Positions 11,895-25,780 of a DNA stretch of 64,000 nt are shown in pieces (positions within the stretch are counted from its first letter, which is position 1; every line of letters begins with the position of its first letter). The position numbers were made by a program, and so were the translations under genes. The stretch comes from Psilocybe cubensis (lineage: Eukaryota). The stretch covers positions 496,001 through 560,000 of the forward strand of contig CM039006.1 in NCBI GenBank assembly GCA_017499595.2, given 5' to 3'. The notes below the pieces were generated by a model. It did no database searches and was not told the DNA's origin. It worked only from the letters and a program-made list of their open reading frames with translations.

Positions 11895-14191
11895 ATGCCT
11901 CTTCCTACTCGAAAAATTGGTCAAGATAATGTCAGTGCCATTGGCTTTGGACTGATGGGTCTCTCGGCGTACTACGGCCCCATTGCATTGGCGTGTCAAG
12001 TGCCCAAATATTATCGAGCCGCGCTATTTTTGGTTAGACACCAAATTTACGTGAAATTTTGTGTCTAAAGGGACCATCAATAAGTGGCTCGATTTGACAG
12101 AAATCGAGCCACTTTTTTGAGTAAGAGAGCCTTTTTTTATCCTCAGAGCGAGCTTTTCAGGTGAGCGAGAAACTTTCCAAATGCATGTCCTATGCCGTTC
12201 CAGCATTTTTCGGCACTGTTATCTGAATTATCAACCCATTACTCCTTGGTGACTTTACCTTCATCTATCTTCCAATATGGAGAGATTGTACATGTAAATA
12301 GTGTTGAAATTTTATCACTTTGGACATATTGCACAAAATTCAACCTGAATCTGTCTACAGTCTACCATTATGTCATATAAATCAAATTAAGGTGAACTCA
12401 CATACAACAATTCCGTTTGGGTACTCTGATAATGTTAAAGCATTCAATCATCAATGTCAATGTATAGTACTCGGAGTCGAATATTCGTTGACTCCCTTGC
12501 CGAGTCACGGCGGCATGGTACATTCATGCAGGATGATGCCGTTTACAACGAAGGCCGACTTAGATTCAGAAAAGTCTCTCACTCACCAGAAAGGCTCGCT
12601 ACTGAAGAAAAGGCTCTCAACCTGAAAAGCTCGCTCTGAGGATAAAAAAAGGCTCTCTTACTCAAAAAAGTGGCTCGATTTGACAGAAATCGAGCCACTT
12701 ATTGATGGTCCCTTTAGACACAAAATTTCACGTAAATTTGGTGTCTAACCAAAAATAGCGCGGCTCGATAATATTTGTGCACTTGACACGCCATACCATT
12801 GGGAGCGACGAGGAAAGATTTAAGGTACGTCCTAGGGTGCTTTCTATCTGATGATTTGACCTGCTTATCATTGCTGTCCCGATCGTTTTATACTAGGTCC
12901 TCGATGCTGCCCTAGAAGCTGGTTGCACCAACTGGGACTCGTCTGATATATATGGCGACAGTGAAGAGCTTCTTGGGAAGTGGTCAGTAATTTTTTGAAA
13001 TTTATATCATTACGAGTAGTGTTTATTAACTAAATACCATGAATAGGTTCAAGCGTACAGGAAAGAGGGACCAAATTTTCCTAGCGACCAAATTTGGAGT
13101 TACCCCTCAAGGTGCAAATGGTACACCCAAATACGTCAGATCTGCGGTCGAGAGCTCTCTCAAGAAACTCGGAATCGATACCATTGACCTCTACTATATC
13201 CACGTAAGTCGTGCTTTCCCTAGCTTTTTTTAGGCCTCTGACGACAATCATCTTCGCCATAGCGTATTGATCAAACTGTCCCTATTGAGGTATGTACATT
13301 GTTATTTCATATCAAATACTTGAATGAATATCTTGATAGATCACTATGAGAGCTTTGGCTGAGCTCGTAAAGTACGCTTTTCTCGTCGTTTTGGTCGTCA
13401 TTAATTCATTAATCACAACGTATCTCAGGGAAGGCAAAGTACGATACATTGGCTTATCCGAGATGTCCGCTGCGACTCTTCGAAGGGCTCATGCAGTTCA
13501 CCCCGTGGCCGCTATTCAAATCGAATATTCTCCCTTTTATCTGGACATAGAGAATGACAAGGTTGCGCTGCTGAAGACCTGCCGCGAGCTTGGAATTGCA
13601 GTAGTGGCCTACTCTCCTTTGGGCAGAGGAATGCTAACAGGAACATACGTATGTTATTGACCTTTCTATTCCCTCTTCTGAGCTCAACTATTTCTCCAGA
13701 AATCCCACGACGACATTCCAGACGGAGAATGGAGGAAGACAATTCCCAAGTAAATATTCTGTCGTTGCAATTTAAGGTTCTGCAACTGATACTTTGTATG
13801 ACCACTCTTAGATTCTCAAGGGAAAACTTCCCCAACATTTTGAAGCTCGTTTCCGAATTCCAAGAGATAGGCAAAAGCCACGGCGCTACCGCCGGTCAAG
13901 TTGCACTCGCCTGGTTACTTGCTCAAGGGGACGATATCATTCCAATCCCTGGAACCAAGAAGATTAAGGTATTTCGAATTTTGATGCTTCCAGTTTCTAT
14001 ACTCACTAACTTCCCTGACTTCGTAGTACCTAAAGGAGAACATCGCGGCTGCTGATGTGTCGCTCACCCAAGATGAGATTGCTAGGATCAGAAACTTGGC
14101 TGAAGCCGTCAATGCCGCTGTTGGTGATTTGGAGAGGTACCCAGTGGGAGACATGGTCACACTTCTCGCCGATACGCCGGAGTTCAAGTGA
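11895..14191 (+). pseudogene. Aldo-keto reductase (YakC-like) with exon 1 interrupted by a TIR element
   Basis: [30 protein letters not shown][insertion][43 protein letters not shown]. The insertion adds in-frame stops. Confidence 0.9.
11986..12795. mobile_element. Non-autonomous long-TIR DNA element (MITE/foldback-like), ~810 bp
   Basis: Near-perfect 174-bp inverted repeats at 11989-12162 and 12620-12793. Flanking direct repeat CCATTG at 11980-11985 and 12796-12801. Removing the element restores the AKR frame. Confidence 0.95.
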
Positions 14192-14842
14192 TCACAGTTT
14201 TCGCGATCCTGTGGAGTAGATAGCTGTGTTTACATTTGGTTATGATTTGCACACGAATAGATGAAATAATCCGTTGATCCATCGGACTCTGTCTCTCAAA
14301 GCTTTGGAAACCAATACTGCTGACATTCCATAACAATGAGGCATCATGATAACACTTAGGTATTTATACAGTGGCCAGGATTTCCCCTCAGTGTCTACTA
14401 TGGAAATGCAAATAACACAATTCATGTCGAGCGCCCATCTCCACTTTTCGAGCATCATACTTAATGTCATTTACTATTATTAATTGCTTACTGTACGGCC
14501 GTTCTATTCTCTCTTTTCTGTTTCTGGTAGAAACGAGCCTGGTAGTATATAACGAAGAGCGCAGGCATTGAGCTATTATATTCATGATAGATTAACCCAT
14601 GCGCTGAGCTTTCATAGCGAACTCTTGAGTTTAATGATATGCGTCCTTACCACTCATTGAGCAGCTTTCGACAATCTATCAATAACGTATTTGACGCATT
14701 TATATATATCCCCAAGTATCATGAAGCCCCATCTTTTGATACACAAAAACAGCGAAGGTACCCATGCGATCCCCCGCCCTTTATAACAGTCCTTAAGCAA
14801 CTTTCCTGTTCGCCATCTCCCCACACATACTATAGGTGTACA

Positions 14843-15764
14843 ATGGACAATCAAGGACAAGGATGGATTTCCGATGAAGCCACAACGCGCCCACCAGTGA
14901 AACCAACCACCTCTATTCGAACACCCGACGAGGTGTACGCCGTCCGAGGTATTCTCATGCGATGGCTTCCAATAGAGATAGCACACCTTATCATGGATGA
15001 GGTCCAATACTGGCCCGCTATTATCAGTCAGTCAAATGCAATCTCGTCCTCGCCGATGAACACCTGGTCCGTGGAGGAGCATCACGGCAACTTTTGCTGC
15101 CTCTACACCCCGCGACTGCCAAACTGGCCTGGGGACCCGACATACCCCGGCGTCAAAATCAAAGAAGTGTGCTTCACGATAAAAAGCAGGGATCAGGGAT
15201 GGACGAGCGAGCCAGGTCCTTTCAAGCGTACGGATCGCGTGTACGTTTCGGACCGCCTGTATCGCTGACATTGTATTTTATTATGCCAGATAACTACGAC
15301 GGGTCGTGGACCTGGTTTCAAGCCGTCGTCGGTCGTGACTTTGACGACTACACGGTAACAACACAGACACAGCCTGACAAAGTCGACCTGCGCATCGAAC
15401 GGGCACTCCAGCCCAACAACGGAACGCAGGCAACACAGGACATCATCGTCGATACATGGGATATCCAGCGGAACTACCGCGCATCGCCTGAGCTCCGCAC
15501 GCACCGTGTCGTATGGAGCGCCAAGGACGAGCCAGATTTGACAGACCATGACCGCCAGTTCGACCCGTTGACGGGCGCTTATCGCGGCGCCGGATTTGTT
15601 CAGTCCTTGCGCCCTGGTGATCTGATCGGGATTGTCATGAGAGCAAAAGTGAGTGGGTGTTCTGCTGGGTTTTGTGGGTTGAGTTTTAATCTAGGCGGTA
15701 ATAGTACCCTGCCTGGGCTAACTTTGTGGAAAGTGCGAGTATCGAGATAATTTACTCTTGCTAA
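14843..15764 (+). CDS. Conserved fungal protein of unknown function (three exons)
   Basis: F-box-like LPIEIAHLIMD, then FTIKSRDQGW, YDGSWTWF, IQRN, GFVQSLRPGD, YPAWANFV. Canonical introns keep the frame. Confidence 0.75.
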
Positions 15765-18700
15765 GAAGTTTGCACGGTCTAATCAGTAGGTGGTATAAAC
15801 GCCCGGATGCCCTGTTACCTATAACAGGCTATGACTTGCCCCACCGTATGATGTACGATTGGGCAGAATATGAATTGCTTGTGTTGTATTTGTCAGAGAG
15901 TGATCGCTTGCAAAAAAAGAAAAATAAACAAAATCTTCCGAGAAGCACTGACACTTTTGTTGAAGTTGAAAATAGACTAGCTATATACGACAAGGGGTCC
16001 ACCAGTTATATGCGCCGTACTCCTTCAGTGTTAGTACTCTTTTTGTGGAATTAGGCTCACTCTTTAAGGAGGCGCAACACGGCGAACTCAATTCCAAGAA
16101 AACAGTCTAAACCGCGAACGACTCGGACAAACGCGTAGCGTGTCCCTCCCTCTTATCAACCCCGACTGACTACGCCCACAGGCGCAATCAAAGCAACAAC
16201 CACTATACCGACACTTCGTACTACTCCCCTCAGGATTATTACTGAGGGCCAAGTGTAAAACGGAATGTTAATTCCCTTATCCGTCCATGTACTCAATAAG
16301 CGGCGTCGGAGTCGAGTATCATTATTCGCACGACGACTCATCGCTGACACCTTAGCTTGCCGCCACTGCCAGTGCATGCAAGCAATTAAGCGGCGATCGT
16401 GGAGTGTTGCAATTCGTGACAGGAAAAACCATGGGACAGTATGACGGAGACTGTGGCGGGGATGGGATTCAGGTCACAAAGTTGTGGATCCGGATCCGTC
16501 CTATAGTTAAGGCTGAACGTGAACACCCAATCGCACGACGCAGAACCTTCCACCACCGGATCGTATGGACATTTACCTGGTTCAGCCAAGCCCTGAACGT
16601 TGAAAGTTGAACCTTATACAGGGATCGACGGTGTTGAAGACATGCGAGAATGTGGATGTGCGCGACTGCAAGTAGGCAAGTAGGAAGTTAAGATCGTCAT
16701 TTGATTCTCCATTTTTCCATGTTTTTCCATTTTTTACGAAGGCCTGAGAGAGATCGTCCAACATTGGCATCTCCGAGGAGACTTTGAAAGTTATGCTCCA
16801 TGGCCCATGGCCCGGATGGGGGTGGGAGTTGGTGTAAATACGCACTCTGGGTTGGGAGAGCTGGTTTGGCGAGGATCTTGGCAGACATGTGGGTGTATGG
16901 GAGACGGAAAATTTCATGTAGATGGCGTAGATAGTTGTATGGGTGGATAGCGTAGCATGCTACATTAGCGCATATATTGATCTAATCAGGCCAATACGTT
17001 GGACTGGGTTGAAGTTCGGTGTTTTTGAGTTATGGCATTGCTACTATGATTGTTGTCGTACCTTCACTTTGACTTTTCTTTAAAAGGAAGCAAAGCAGAT
17101 AGTGCCATGGATTTAATTAGTTGATGAGCGTAAGGAAATTGGACAATGACATACGGGTACATTATTAGAAGGATCATTATTACATCTTGCAGATCAGATC
17201 TTAGCTGAAGGTTTTCTGTTCAACACAGTCAATGGATTGCAAGAAGGTGCTAAATGTCGTGTAGTGGACTTTACCTTGTGATGTCCCGAGACGAGAATGG
17301 AATCATCCAAGCCGTGAACAAATAAATTTTGAAAATTGGATGTTCCAGACTCCAGATCCTGAGATCCGACCCAGAAATTGGCACGTACAGAACGAAGAAT
17401 ACGAAGGCAACAACTGGCAGAACAATGGCTCGAGCACAGCTGGACATCATCATCGGATGTTGGCTAGAATCATATGGTTCAGAGTCTGATCAGATACAGT
17501 CAGTCGCTGACCCTGGCCATTGAGATGCAGTGTGTCGTTGCAAAGCGGATTGGCTTGGTTATTTCTCAACAGAAGGAATCTGATAGTTTCTTCCGGTCTG
17601 GTACGTGAACAACAGCATGGTCCAGATTCCTAAGTGATGCAAAGGATAGATATTGAAACATGTTGGTGAGGAGGTCGCGTTGCGGGATACACAGCCGATT
17701 TGAGCCCTGAAGTTCAAACCAGTAGAATTTGAAGCTTGAAGTTTCCACGTGAGACAGAACTCTTAGAGCGATCAGATACCCCAGACACGAAGATGCGCCC
17801 GCGTTGTTGATTAAACCCCGGAATCACCAGATCAATGAGGTTCAAGTATTTTTGGCCAGTCGTCGGTCACTTGAAAACAAGAAAATGCTTCAAGTTGACG
17901 GGCGCACATAAGCATTGCATGGATGAAATCCTAGGTAGGTCCTTGAAATATCAAAGTCAAGTGTCGAGTCCTGTTTCTGTTTCTGCGAGCGCCTTCGTTG
18001 CGAAGTATAGATGGATAATTCAATGTACCGATTAACTCTGTTGAAGAACCCTTGAATATGATAATCGATTCAAGTCGCGGATGTTTCGATAATATAAAGC
18101 GTCCTTAGATCAAGAGTGTCAACTGACACGTACGAGGCAGGGAATGTTCTGGAAGGAAAACTGCGAGACCCCGCAGCAGCAGGTATACGTATATCTGATT
18201 AGTGATCTATTTTGGCCAATGGAGTGATATGCGGATGAAGATGTAGACGAAGGCGAGAGACTGGCGTTTTGGTATTTTTGGGGTTCAGAGGGGCTAAGTT
18301 TGGCGAGGTTAGGATAAGTCGTTGCAGAGGCGCAAGAGAGTCCTCTGTTGCCAGGAAGATTTGCGCATAACGAATAGAGATAACGGCTAGCAAGAACCGA
18401 CGGAGATCAGACAATCCAGACGCGCATCGTGTAGCACTCGAACGAACGCGCACCCTGCATGCAGGGCCTAGAGATATGGAAGCCAGTTTCACCAACAACT
18501 GTGTCCAAGAGGTTCTTTAAACTCTTCATGATGGATCAGATTAGATGTAACACCAGTACTAGAAGCCAGCTTTTTGATAACTGATAAGTTTATTTTTACG
18601 CGAGCGTGGGTGTAACGATCCAATTAAGGGGTCCAGGTCGAACAGCCTCGGTGGGTGGAGACAGGGACCGTCGGGCACGGGACATGTCAAGCCATGACCG

Positions 18701-19325
18701 TGGACACGGTAAAGCGCTGGAGTCTTTGTAGACAGTTTATCGTTATGTTTTCACGGCCGGGGGTTATCGGGTGCTGCGACCCCATACTGGGTGCGGGACA
18801 AAAAGCTCTAAACCCCGACATCATATGTCGCTGGTGGTAGCCGAGCATCGTTACTCATCTTTTTGAACCCACATCACTGCTCCGGGTGAACAAGTTGGCC
18901 AAGCATACTGGTGGTGGAAGTGAGGCTAACTGACCTGGAAATCGAGGAGACAGTGGCGAGAGATGTCTGCAATAGAAGGACTGAATAAGGCGGAATGGAC
19001 AGGAACAAGAGGGGCGGCTAAAAAGGGCAGGTAATTCGAGTGGACCTGGTGCCGCGGGGTCCACGCAATCGTCGCAACGCCGCCGAGACGGAGACAAAAC
19101 AAGTGTGGGAAAATTATGTCAGCGATTTGTTACGCAGCCTCGTTGACTGTGCTCCCTTTCTTCTCGATTCTATCCACAACCACCACCAACAACATCGCCA
19201 ATACACCCAATCTTCCCCCGTCCCGCTCAATTGTTGCAATACACACATCGCGTCTCGGGAAACACTCACCTCGGCTTGCATATCCACAACAAATCACCAA
19301 ATCGCCTGAGTCATAAAGCGATATC

Positions 19326-21825
19326 ATGCTTGTCGACAATCCCCTCTTTCAACCATCCTATCTCGCTCCTGGGTCCTCAAATATGTTCCCAGAACTCACT
19401 GATATCAGTGACATTTTTGAAGTCGATGCCTTCAACAATAACTTTGCTTCCTTCTCTGCCCACTCGTCGTCGCCCTCGGGCTCCAGAGGCTCCACACCAC
19501 AGCATCTTTTAACGCCTCCCCAGGAGCCACCCGTAGCGTCGTTTCCCGACGTGCACGACGGAGACAACTCTCAGAGCAATGGCTTCAACCTTTTTGACGA
19601 CAATGACTCCAAGGCCATCGATCCCTTCATGTCCACGCCGATTGACTTCATGGGCATGGGGGGCTTCGAATACGGCGGTGGAGTTGGTAACTACAACGGT
19701 CTCACCCTAGGCGGATATTCAATGCCAATGGACATGTCAACGATGGTTGGCCTCCCCATCCTCCCAGAGGAGACAATGCAGACTAGGGGTATCGATCCGC
19801 AGCTCGTCGACACGCCCTCAGCCATCAGTGATCACGGCGAGGATGAGTCAGATGAGAAGGAATCCCCCAGCTCGCCGCCTGAGGAACAGAAAGAACAGGA
19901 AAAGCCCACTATTGTCATTGCGCCCGTCAAGGTCGGAGGTCACGGAAAGGCTCGAAAAGGAACTGTGCAGAGCGGGGGCGTGGTGAAGAAGGTCGCGTCT
20001 TCGTCAGCCAGCAAAGAGAAGGAGAATTCTACTTCCGTCTCGTCTGCCGGTTCCAAGAAGGCCACTCAGCCCAAGCCCGCTGTGGCTTCCACTTCCACTT
20101 CCACTTCCACTCTTTCCAAGACTTCCACACCCGGTCCTTTCCTCACCACAGCTGGCTCAGTCAGGGCTGAGAGTGAGGCTGGAGACGCCGAAGACGAAGA
20201 TGACTTGCCTCAGGATTGGCGACCTTCCCCAGAAGTCTTCGCCAAGATGACTAGTAAGGAAAAACGTCAATTGCGAAATAAGATCAGTGCAAGGAACTTC
20301 CGTGTTCGCCGAAAGGGTAAGCTAATTGTTTTTTATTATGCGTGTATCGTTAACTTAATTGTTCACTACAGAATACATCTCTACCCTCGAGGGTGATATT
20401 GCCGAACGAGATCGCATGCTCGACCATTTCCGCACGCAACTGGGTTCTCAGGAATCGGAAAATCTTGCTCTACGTCAGGAAATCGCCGCCTTGAAGAAGG
20501 CTCTCCTCGAAGGACGCGGTGGCCCTATCAATCTCCCACCTCCTGCTCCGTTACCCGAGCAGAGTGCCGCTCAGACCTTGGCGGCTTCTGCCGCAGCTTC
20601 GGCTTCCACCTCCTCGTCCACATCGACTTCCAGCGTCCTCACCTCGCGCCCCAGCACACCTCTGGTCACCGCCAATACGCAGAAGGATCTGCCATCGTCG
20701 CCACGGATGGGCAACCGCTTCTGGGGTGGTGTTGGCATCGGCGGTGGTTTCACCCCTGTGCACACGACTCTTGTGCCGGACATCAGTACTGTCGTGCGCA
20801 AGGGTCTACAGGAGAACATGAACCCGGCGCTCAACGCAAACCCGGGGCTCAGTGGGGTCGGCGCCGGCCTCGGGGCTTCCAAGGGCTTGAACGGATTTGA
20901 TGGCTTTGCGGACTTGAATCCATTTACAATGAAGACTCTCGATGCGTATGTGTCTTTTTCCTTTTTTTATTTGTCCTTTTCCACTCGTTTCCATCTGTAT
21001 ATGCTCCCCCTTTTATGGTTAATTCCATCCCCCAACGAAAAATTTGATTTTGATTTGATTACTGACGTAATTGATGGCTATCTTTATAGGTACCGTATGC
21101 ATCTTTGGGGAAAAATGGCTGCACAGCAGCATATGCACCAGCAAAACCAGCAAGCACAGCAGCAACAGCAAAATCAGCACCAGCAAGCTTCTGGGCTTGC
21201 AGGGAGCATGCGCCCACATTTCTTCACTCCCTCGAGCAAATCCGCTGCTGTTTCTTCACCGTCGCTCCCAAGCTCGAGCTACGGCTCTACTCTCAGCGCA
21301 CTGCTCTCGGGCAAGCACACATCGCCCGCATCCTCGTACCCGAGCCCACCGACGTCACCGCTTATCAACGGCAAAGTTATTGCTTCCACCTCTGCAAGGG
21401 ACCGCGAGGCGCATCAGCAACGCGAGAAGGAGCAGCAGCAGGCCGTGCTGGCTGCCATGGCGAGCCAGACGATCCTGCGCAAGCTCGGTTCAGCGTTCTG
21501 GGACGCGTTCACTGGATCGTCTTCGTCTTCTCTCGGTTCTTCATCTTCCTCTGCCAGCTCATCGGGATCGAGTGCGAACTGGGACGCGGATAAGGTGCAG
21601 CGTGTGCTTTCGGGCAAAGCTGTGCTGCGCGTTGTGGATGTTGAGCCTGCTACGCCTCCTGCGTCGCCCAGTCTGCGCGCTGTGTCCACGACGGCGGCTA
21701 GTTCGCCTATGTTGAGAGCGCAACAGCAGCAGCAGGATGACGCGAAGAAGGCGAGCTGCACGGCGTGTTTGACGGATATTCTGGAGGAGAGTATGCGGAG
21801 TCTGACGTTGAATAAGAAGATGTGA
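19326..21825 (+). CDS. bZIP transcription factor (exons ~19326-20316, 20372-20945, 21090-21825)
   Basis: Basic region SKEKRQLRNKISARNFRVRRK spliced to zipper EYISTLEGDIAERD...ENLALRQEIAALKK. Ser- and Gln-rich tracts. Confidence 0.92.
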
Positions 21826-22319
21826 TTTGGTGGTGGTCGTGGTGGTCAGGTTGATTTGTACTTGTTGTCGTTGGTTGTCGTTTCATCCCCCCCTCTCTGT
21901 CTCTCTCTCTCTATCTGCTTTGATATTTGAAGAAGAAAAACTCGAATGTTAGTAAACTTTTCTTCTCTTCCTCTCTTTTTTTTCAATGGACGAAGCTCAT
22001 TGTTGTTATTTTCCCTTGTTCAAAAATTACAGATTGTACTTTTTTTCGTTGTTGTTTTCCATTCGTATCCGTATCCGTCCACATTCGAACTCTCGAATTT
22101 CCAGTAATTTCGGCGCCTAGGTATAGGTGTGTTATCAATAGAAGGCTCAGGCTTGCAAGATGAAGGAAGAAGTAAAGGAAGAATGATTGAAGAATGAAGA
22201 ATGAAAAGCGTATTTTCTATATTTCGAATAATTGACCTGTTTTCTTGGTTTTCTTTTCTCTTTTTTACAATTCACACTCTTTGAAGTTCGATGGACTCGG
22301 ATTTTGTCATTTCCCTTTC

Positions 22320-22346
22320 CTTCTCTTCTCTTCTCTTCTCTTCTCT
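22320..22346. repeat. (CTTCT)n pyrimidine microsatellite downstream of the bZIP gene
   Basis: About five tandem CTTCT units read directly. Confidence 0.7.
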
Positions 22347-25300
22347 TCCCATGGTCGCCGGCGTCTCCATCCTATCACTCCCCCGGCAAAAACCGCACAC
22401 TCGTTTTATCCCTCTGTTTTCTAGTACCCTTTTTTCCACAATGTCCTTGTTCCCCCGTAACCGTTATAACATTCCATTCGATCCATCTTGTATCGTTCAC
22501 CCCTTGTTCGATCCTCGGCCCTCCCTCGACTCAAATATATCTCGTTCGTCCTTCATTCTACATCCCGAACAGTAACACTGCTATTAGTATTTCATACTTA
22601 CAATTCACTCTTTCAAGTTTCAATTATATATTAGAATGTTTTGACTCCTTTCTGTCTTCATGTCCTTTCCTATCTTCATCCTGTTGGGGATTGGAGAGTG
22701 ATAATGGGATTGGGGCGTCTGTGGGTTGGGCAGACGGTTTGGCGGAGTCCCCCCCCCGCCGCCCCCTGTTTCCTGTACTTGCTTAGGTAAACATTGAAAT
22801 AGTTGTACCTTTCTTTTCCCTACTTGTTTTGTTTCTTTTGATGACGGCTTGTTTCAGGATGATGGTATTTTTGGGTTTACTTGTACGTAGAGGCTGATGC
22901 TATTTATCGCTACTATTCTATACTATACTATACTAGATTGTATTGATCGATTATGTTGAGTTCGACTTGTGTACGGCGTCTCTTGCCCCTTTTTCTTCTA
23001 TTCCACTCATCCCGGGGTCATGGCGCTGTATGTGTCGAGCTAATGGTTTATTTATAGTACAGCGCTGGCTAATGCTATACATCGATGCATATTTCAAATT
23101 TCTTTTACTTGTCGGTTTATTTCGCAACCCCAGTTCCTGTTTTCAAGCCGCAATCGACTCGAGAGAATTGTTTCGTTTGTGGTTCTAGATACGTATCAGA
23201 GAAACGAACATACTAATATGGAATTGGAATATCTCAAGGTCAAGGGCAGGTTGGAGTTCTTTATTAAAATAACGGTACTACATACATGATAAGGTCCAAG
23301 GTATCTGGTATACATCAAGGTGAAAATGTATAATAATTCAATTTACCATCTTACACACCCACACCACCTTTTTCAAGAAGTCGCCATGCTTATTTTTTGA
23401 ATTCCGAATCTGATCATGACTTGTAAGTTCTACCCAACCAACTTCTACGTACCACTTTTTGTTTGTTGCTGATCGATTGATTCGCGGAAGCGAAGGAGAG
23501 ATCTCGTATCGGTGCGTACCCCAATCTATGGGTGGGCACCCCGTGGGTTTGGGAAGGTTAGGGCAAGTGGGCAATCATCATGATTCATGATCATGATCGG
23601 AAAGATGGATCCGGATGCGGTACATATGTCCTTTTGGGTGGAGACTGGGGGTGAGTAGGCCTGCAATACATCAAGGTCACCGTCGACGCGATGGTGTGGT
23701 ATGTATGTATAAACTATCTTTTTTGTATGTAAGTATCCGTACGTGTTGCAAGCTAAGATGGCGGCCGCGCGAGAAGCGACCTTCACACACCATCTAAATG
23801 TTGATATTTTTGGACGACGGTTATGTATGTGCAATTCCTGTTAAGTAAGTACATACAGACCCACTGACGTCAGCTAGCTAGATTCTTGCTTGAGCTTGAG
23901 CTTATTTTTGCATGCCAGAACACCTACTTATTCAGGTTACCAACATAACGATGCCCGGACCACCCCTATTTCATGCATCTCCCCATCATCCAACGTTCCA
24001 AGCCATGTTTGCACAAAGCTCCGCCCTGAGGTCTGTCTGAGTAGTGCGTATATCCGCACGAACGGACCGCGCAAAATAAATTTTCTTCAAATTCCTTTAT
24101 ATTGACGTTTTGGCGCGTTACATCTGAACAGGGAGGCACAAACGCGAGAAATTTAATGATCAGATATTTTCTCTCGTGGCTTTTGGTAAATTGTTTCTGT
24201 CAACACTGTTCGAGAGGGTAAGCCACATGCTAACCCCGATCATGTCACTATGAAGCTTGATGATTTGTACTTGGAAGTTGATTATGATATGACAAGTTGA
24301 TCATGGTCTCGCGCGACTGCTATAACGCGCCAATAGCCACGCGAGCTGGATCACGTACATAATGGCTCACTAAATCTGATTGCTCGAATAGTAGCTTTAA
24401 AGGGTGGTATGTACGAAATTGTTTGGTTTACAATGCATTGGTACCCATGCTTTGTTACGGAAGGGCGGGGCTTGTGGCAGAATTTAATTTTGCTTTTTCA
24501 TTCAAAACGTTTTCACTTGCATGGCGTTTGCATGGCATATACGTGATGCCTTTCGAAATGAACGATTTTGTAAATTATTGCTCAGGGCGGTAGATTCGAA
24601 CGCGACACATATCACGGCGGGGCCTCACTGCCTCAGGCACTTGGCTGGCGCGACGCCGCTGGAAAATGTGATTTCGCGTTGGGAAGAAAATGCCCTGTAT
24701 GTATAATTATATAATGAGGTCGCCGCCGCTACGTACTTATATGTCAATAAATGCGCATCAGAGCTAGAATGCGTTCGAAGATCCCGGGGTCGGACGAAGT
24801 CATCATTTGCATCAGTGGTGTCAATAGGGTGCGAAAGTGACACGAGGCTACGGAATCCAATCGGGAAACGCCAAACGGAGTGAGTAATTGACTGGAAAGC
24901 CAAACTCCGGATATACCATCACTCTACATTGCAGACAGACACAAGTCTGCATTTGCTCCCTCTCGGTCACGTTCGCGCTCTATTGCCCTCTGTCGCCGAG
25001 CGATGTCGACTAGAAAAAGAACTCCCAAGGTCGGCCAGTACCGGCCAACTGGCACAACTCTGCACTGGCATCTGCCAGTGTTGACTATACTGAGAATACG
25101 CAGTGATTCATGATATCGGCACCATGGGATCTGTTGATTCTCTGCACACTGAAGATTTTCTTCGTTTCCACTTCTGTGGTGTTCTTCGCAATTTGTTGCC
25201 TCGCTGCCCGTTCCGCCGGGCGAGAAATGAATCGAGTCAATCTTCTCTCGACCACCTTTTTGCTATTAATATCAATCCCAATCGGAATTGTTTCTAAATG

Positions 25301-25780
25301 CAGTGGCGACCCTCCCCGGTTATCGAATCTTTTCCCTATCGTCTTTGGGTCAGGTTCAGGGGTTTCCATGCGTACGGGGATGGTGTAGGAAATTATTGCT
25401 TGACTCCCCACACCGCCCAAATTCAAGTGACGGGCAGCTCTTGATTAAGAAAAAGAACTTTGTGCGCGGCCAATATGAATGATTGAGATATTGATCTCCT
25501 TATGGGAAGTACCCTACAAAATCGACTCTGCCGGTATAAGTGTGAACCTGAATATTTGGGGGACCTCAAGCGCTTAACGCTTTTTGGAATCTGCTTCTGT
25601 CGCCTCTGTTTAAGCCCCATCACTTTTTTTCGCCCGTTCTCGATTCTGAGGAACAAAAGCCGGTGATCCCTTTGCTGGTTGCTTTTTCTAGGTCGCCACT
25701 ATCACCTGTCACCTTTTCACTTTTTTGTCTATCTTGGCTGGTGCCCTCGACCACGTTTCTATACCCGCCCCGGAGGCCCA

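Noticed and set aside
16380..16920. LLGDANVGRS resembling a small-GTPase P-loop
   Set aside because: No DxxG or NKxD motifs and no coherent exon chain found.
20519..21761. Several long overlapping and antisense ORFs
   Set aside because: Shadow frames of the GC-rich bZIP coding sequence. The same applies to 40421-41219 over eIF4E.
22232..22786. 184-aa hydrophobic ORF
   Set aside because: Arises from pyrimidine-rich low-complexity 3' flank and has a non-ATG start.
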